The notes beneath the pieces are model-generated. The model had not been told where the DNA came from and did not search any database. It saw only the letters and a list, made by a program, of their open reading frames with translations. Positions 61,340 to 64,000 of a stretch of DNA of 64,000 nucleotides are shown piece by piece (positions within the stretch are counted from its first letter, which is position 1; every line of letters begins with the position of its first letter). A program made the translations under genes and the position numbers. The stretch is from an uncultured Actinomycetota bacterium (GTDB lineage: Bacteria; Actinomycetota; Acidimicrobiia; Acidimicrobiales; RAAP-2): positions 782 to 64,781 of the forward strand of contig CAWHLQ010000020.1 in the NCBI GenBank assembly GCA_963830195.1. The letters run 5' to 3'.

Positions 61340-63862
61340 TCAGTCACCGCCTCCGAATCCGCCGCCGTGGTCGCTTCCGCCGCCACTGCCGCCGCCAATC
61401 ACCACCACCGCAGCGGGAAGCACCGTTCCCGAACTGGGAGTGGTGGCGGCGACCCCAATCCAGTCACCCACTGCGGGAGTCGTCTCTCCATCATTGGAGG
61501 TCACGGTCGCGTTCGTGATGTCAAAGGTCACTGACGTGGGATCTCCGTTGGCGTCGAGCCACGTCTGAGCAACGTCGTTGTTCGCCGCATACTGGACGGT
61601 CACCTGAGTACCGTTCACTCCCGTGACCTGACCGAAGTACAGCTGGTAACTGTTCGGATTGCCCTGGTCACCGCCGCCCTGACCCAGAATGTTGACGTCG
61701 ACCGCTGTCAAGACCGTTCCCGATGTGGGTGTCGTGGCGTCGACGCCGACGAAGTCACCGACGGCGGGGGTCGTCTCGCCGTCATTGCTCGAGATTGTCG
61801 CGGTCGAGATGTCAAAGGTCACCGACGTGGGATCGCCGTTCGCATCCAGCCATGTCTGTGCCGCATCGTTGTTGTCGGTGTACTGCACGGTCACTTGCGA
61901 ACCCACGACGGCGGTCACCTGGCCGAAGTAACGCTGGTCACCTTGCCCCGACGTTGATCCGCCCCCGTCGCCACCGTCGCCCTGGCTCCCCTGACCGTGA
62001 ATACACACGGCGACCGCTGGCAGCACCGTTCCTGACGTCGGCGTGCTCGCGTCAACTTGGACGAAGTTACCGACCGCCGGAACATTCGAACCGGTGTCAC
62101 TCTGGATCGTGGCATTGGTGATGTCGAACGTCACCGTCGTGGGATCGCCGTTCGCGTTCAGCCACGTCTGCGCCGCGTCGTTGTTGTCGGTGTACTGCAC
62201 GGTCACCTGCGAGCCCGACACCGCCGTCACTTGTCCGGCGTAGTGCTGCAGGCCACGGTGGTCTCCACCGTGGCCGTCACCCCGGCCTCCCGTCGGCGGG
62301 AGAAAGACATCGACACCGACGAGGACGGTACCCGACGACGGTGCCTGAGCACTGAAGATGATCGTCGCTCCGACAGCCGGTGTCGCTCCCGACGGCTCCA
62401 CGTTGGCGTTGGTGATGTCGACCGTCACCGTTGTCGGCAGCGTGACACCGAACGTGGTGTTCAACCAACTTTGGGCGGAGTCGTTCTCGTCCGAGTAGGT
62501 CACCGTCACTTGACTACCCGTGACGCTGGACACCACTCCGACGTACCTCTGGAGGTCTGACCGTTCGTCTCGTGGTGTGTGGATCCGCACAGACGTCGCC
62601 GTGAGCACCGTGGCCCCCACCGCGGGGGTCAGCGCCCGAACCGACACCAGGTCGCCCACCGCCGGCTGCACCGTGACGCCGTGGTCGGTAATCGTGACGT
62701 TCGAAATATCGAACGTCACCGTTGTCGGGTCGCTGTTCGCGTCGAGCCAGGCTTGGGCGGTGTCGTTGACATCCGCGTACTGCACCGTGATCTGACTTCC
62801 GTTCACCCCGGTGATCTGTCCTTCGAACCGGAGTTGTCCTTCGTTCTCCGATTGCGTTGAGTGAATGTGCACGTAGAGCGCGGGGAGCAACGTGCCGGTC
62901 GTGGGCGTCGAGGCGTCCACCCAGACGAAGTCGCCCACACTCGGCGTCGTTGATCCCGTGTCACTCTGGATGGTGGCGTCAGTGAAGTCGAAGGTCACCG
63001 ACGTGGGGCTACCGTTCGCCGCGAGCCACGACTGAGCAACACTGTTGTCTCCGCTGTACTGAACGGTGACCTGGAGACCGTTGACGGCGGTCACTTGTCC
63101 CCAGTAGCTCTGGTCGCTGACACTCGCGTCATGGCTCGAGCGGCAACTCGAGCTGACGTGCGCCCGCGTATCGGTCACGATGGTTGTGCTGGACGAACCT
63201 CCACAGTTCAACGTCGACGCGCCACTCCCGAGGGCGACGTGCGTGTGAAGGCTGGAACCGAGAGTGACGTTGTCGGCGCCCCTTCCACCGAGAACGGTCG
63301 ACGTGTTCTTGCCTCCGACGAGAGTGTCGTTGCCGGTTCCCCCGACGAGCGACGTCGGGCCCGTGCCCGCCTTGAGAGTGTTCTTGCCGCTGCCGGCAAT
63401 GAGTGTGTCGTTTCCACTACCGCCGACGAGCAGGTCCGCGCCCGCCCCGCCATAGAGATACTGCGTTCCCGTGCCGGCGTCCAACGTGTCGTTTCCGGAG
63501 CCTGCGATCAGGGTGTCAACACCCGCGCCACCGGTGAGGACGTCCGTTCCTGCTCCGCCGATCAAGACATCGCGAGTGTTCGTCACCTTGGACGCAATCA
63601 GATGGTCGTTTCCTGATCCACCAATCAGTACTTCGTTGCCCGAACCCGCAATGAGTGTGTGATTCCCGGAGATGGCGCACACGACCGCATTTGCGGTACC
63701 TCTCAACGTCGCGTTGTTGTGCTGACCAACGACACTGCAGAGATAGCCGTCCTGATAGACGGGAGCCTTCGCCGCGGAGGCTGCTTGGGCGCTGAGGCCG
63801 AACATGGCGACGACGGTGAGACACGCAACGCCACCCTTGGTTATCGATCGAACTGGATTCAT
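61340..63862 (-). CDS. Secreted RTX-type calcium-binding protein with six C-terminal ~85-aa repeats
   Basis: Signal peptide, GGxGxDxL nonapeptides, then six GQVT.V.G.QVTVQY...N..AQ.WL.ANG.PT.VTFD units. Confidence 0.85.
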   Translation of the reverse strand: MNPVRSITKGGVACLTVVAMFGLSAQAASAAKAPVYQDGYLCSVVGQHNNATLRGTANAVVCAISGNHTLIAGSGNEVLIGGSGNDHLIASKVTNTRDVLIGGAGTDVLTGGAGVDTLIAGSGNDTLDAGTGTQYLYGGAGADLLVGGSGNDTLIAGSGKNTLKAGTGPTSLVGGTGNDTLVGGKNTSTVLGGRGADNVTLGSSLHTHVALGSGASTLNCGGSSSTTIVTDTRAHVSSSCRSSHDASVSDQSYWGQVTAVNGLQVTVQYSGDNSVAQSWLAANGSPTSVTFDFTDATIQSDTGSTTPSVGDFVWVDASTPTTGTLLPALYVHIHSTQSENEGQLRFEGQITGVNGSQITVQYADVNDTAQAWLDANSDPTTVTFDISNVTITDHGVTVQPAVGDLVSVRALTPAVGATVLTATSVRIHTPRDERSDLQRYVGVVSSVTGSQVTVTYSDENDSAQSWLNTTFGVTLPTTVTVDITNANVEPSGATPAVGATIIFSAQAPSSGTVLVGVDVFLPPTGGRGDGHGGDHRGLQHYAGQVTAVSGSQVTVQYTDNNDAAQTWLNANGDPTTVTFDITNATIQSDTGSNVPAVGNFVQVDASTPTSGTVLPAVAVCIHGQGSQGDGGDGGGSTSGQGDQRYFGQVTAVVGSQVTVQYTDNNDAAQTWLDANGDPTSVTFDISTATISSNDGETTPAVGDFVGVDATTPTSGTVLTAVDVNILGQGGGDQGNPNSYQLYFGQVTGVNGTQVTVQYAANNDVAQTWLDANGDPTSVTFDITNATVTSNDGETTPAVGDWIGVAATTPSSGTVLPAAVVVIGGGSGGGSDHGGGFGGGD

Positions 63863-64000
63863 GCGGACAACTCCTCAATGAACGGTTAGGACTTCACTTC
63901 CGGCGTCGTGCGTCGCTTGGCTGTGGGGTCTGGCGCGACGACGTGGCCTACGTTAAATGGGAGACGTCGCAAAGTCCAGCGTCGATTCTTAAGAATCTCG

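Overview
The window appears to be two unrelated genomes joined at about 31,745. Left (1-31.7 kb, Rhizobiales-like alphaproteobacterium by inference): a CooM-like hydrogenase membrane subunit, hypA, a DUF6976 pair, DUF1097 and fprA, with three identical CooA-type operators between them. Next come a tRNA-Ala 3' fragment (att site) and a tyrosine integrase. These are followed by about 21 kb of short accessory genes and gene fragments separated by a degenerate, mostly co-oriented ~55-100 bp repeat, and then a heavily frameshifted CHAT/TPR gene. Right (31.7-64 kb, Acidimicrobiia-like actinobacterium by inference): a SigK/RskA-like pair divergent from two ferritin-like genes, many large secreted repeat proteins, small detoxification/redox genes, and a satD-family gene preceded by three 18-bp palindromes at exact 28-bp spacing. 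Many single-base indels in the left half look like long-read errors. All family assignments come from motif recognition; no database searches were run.
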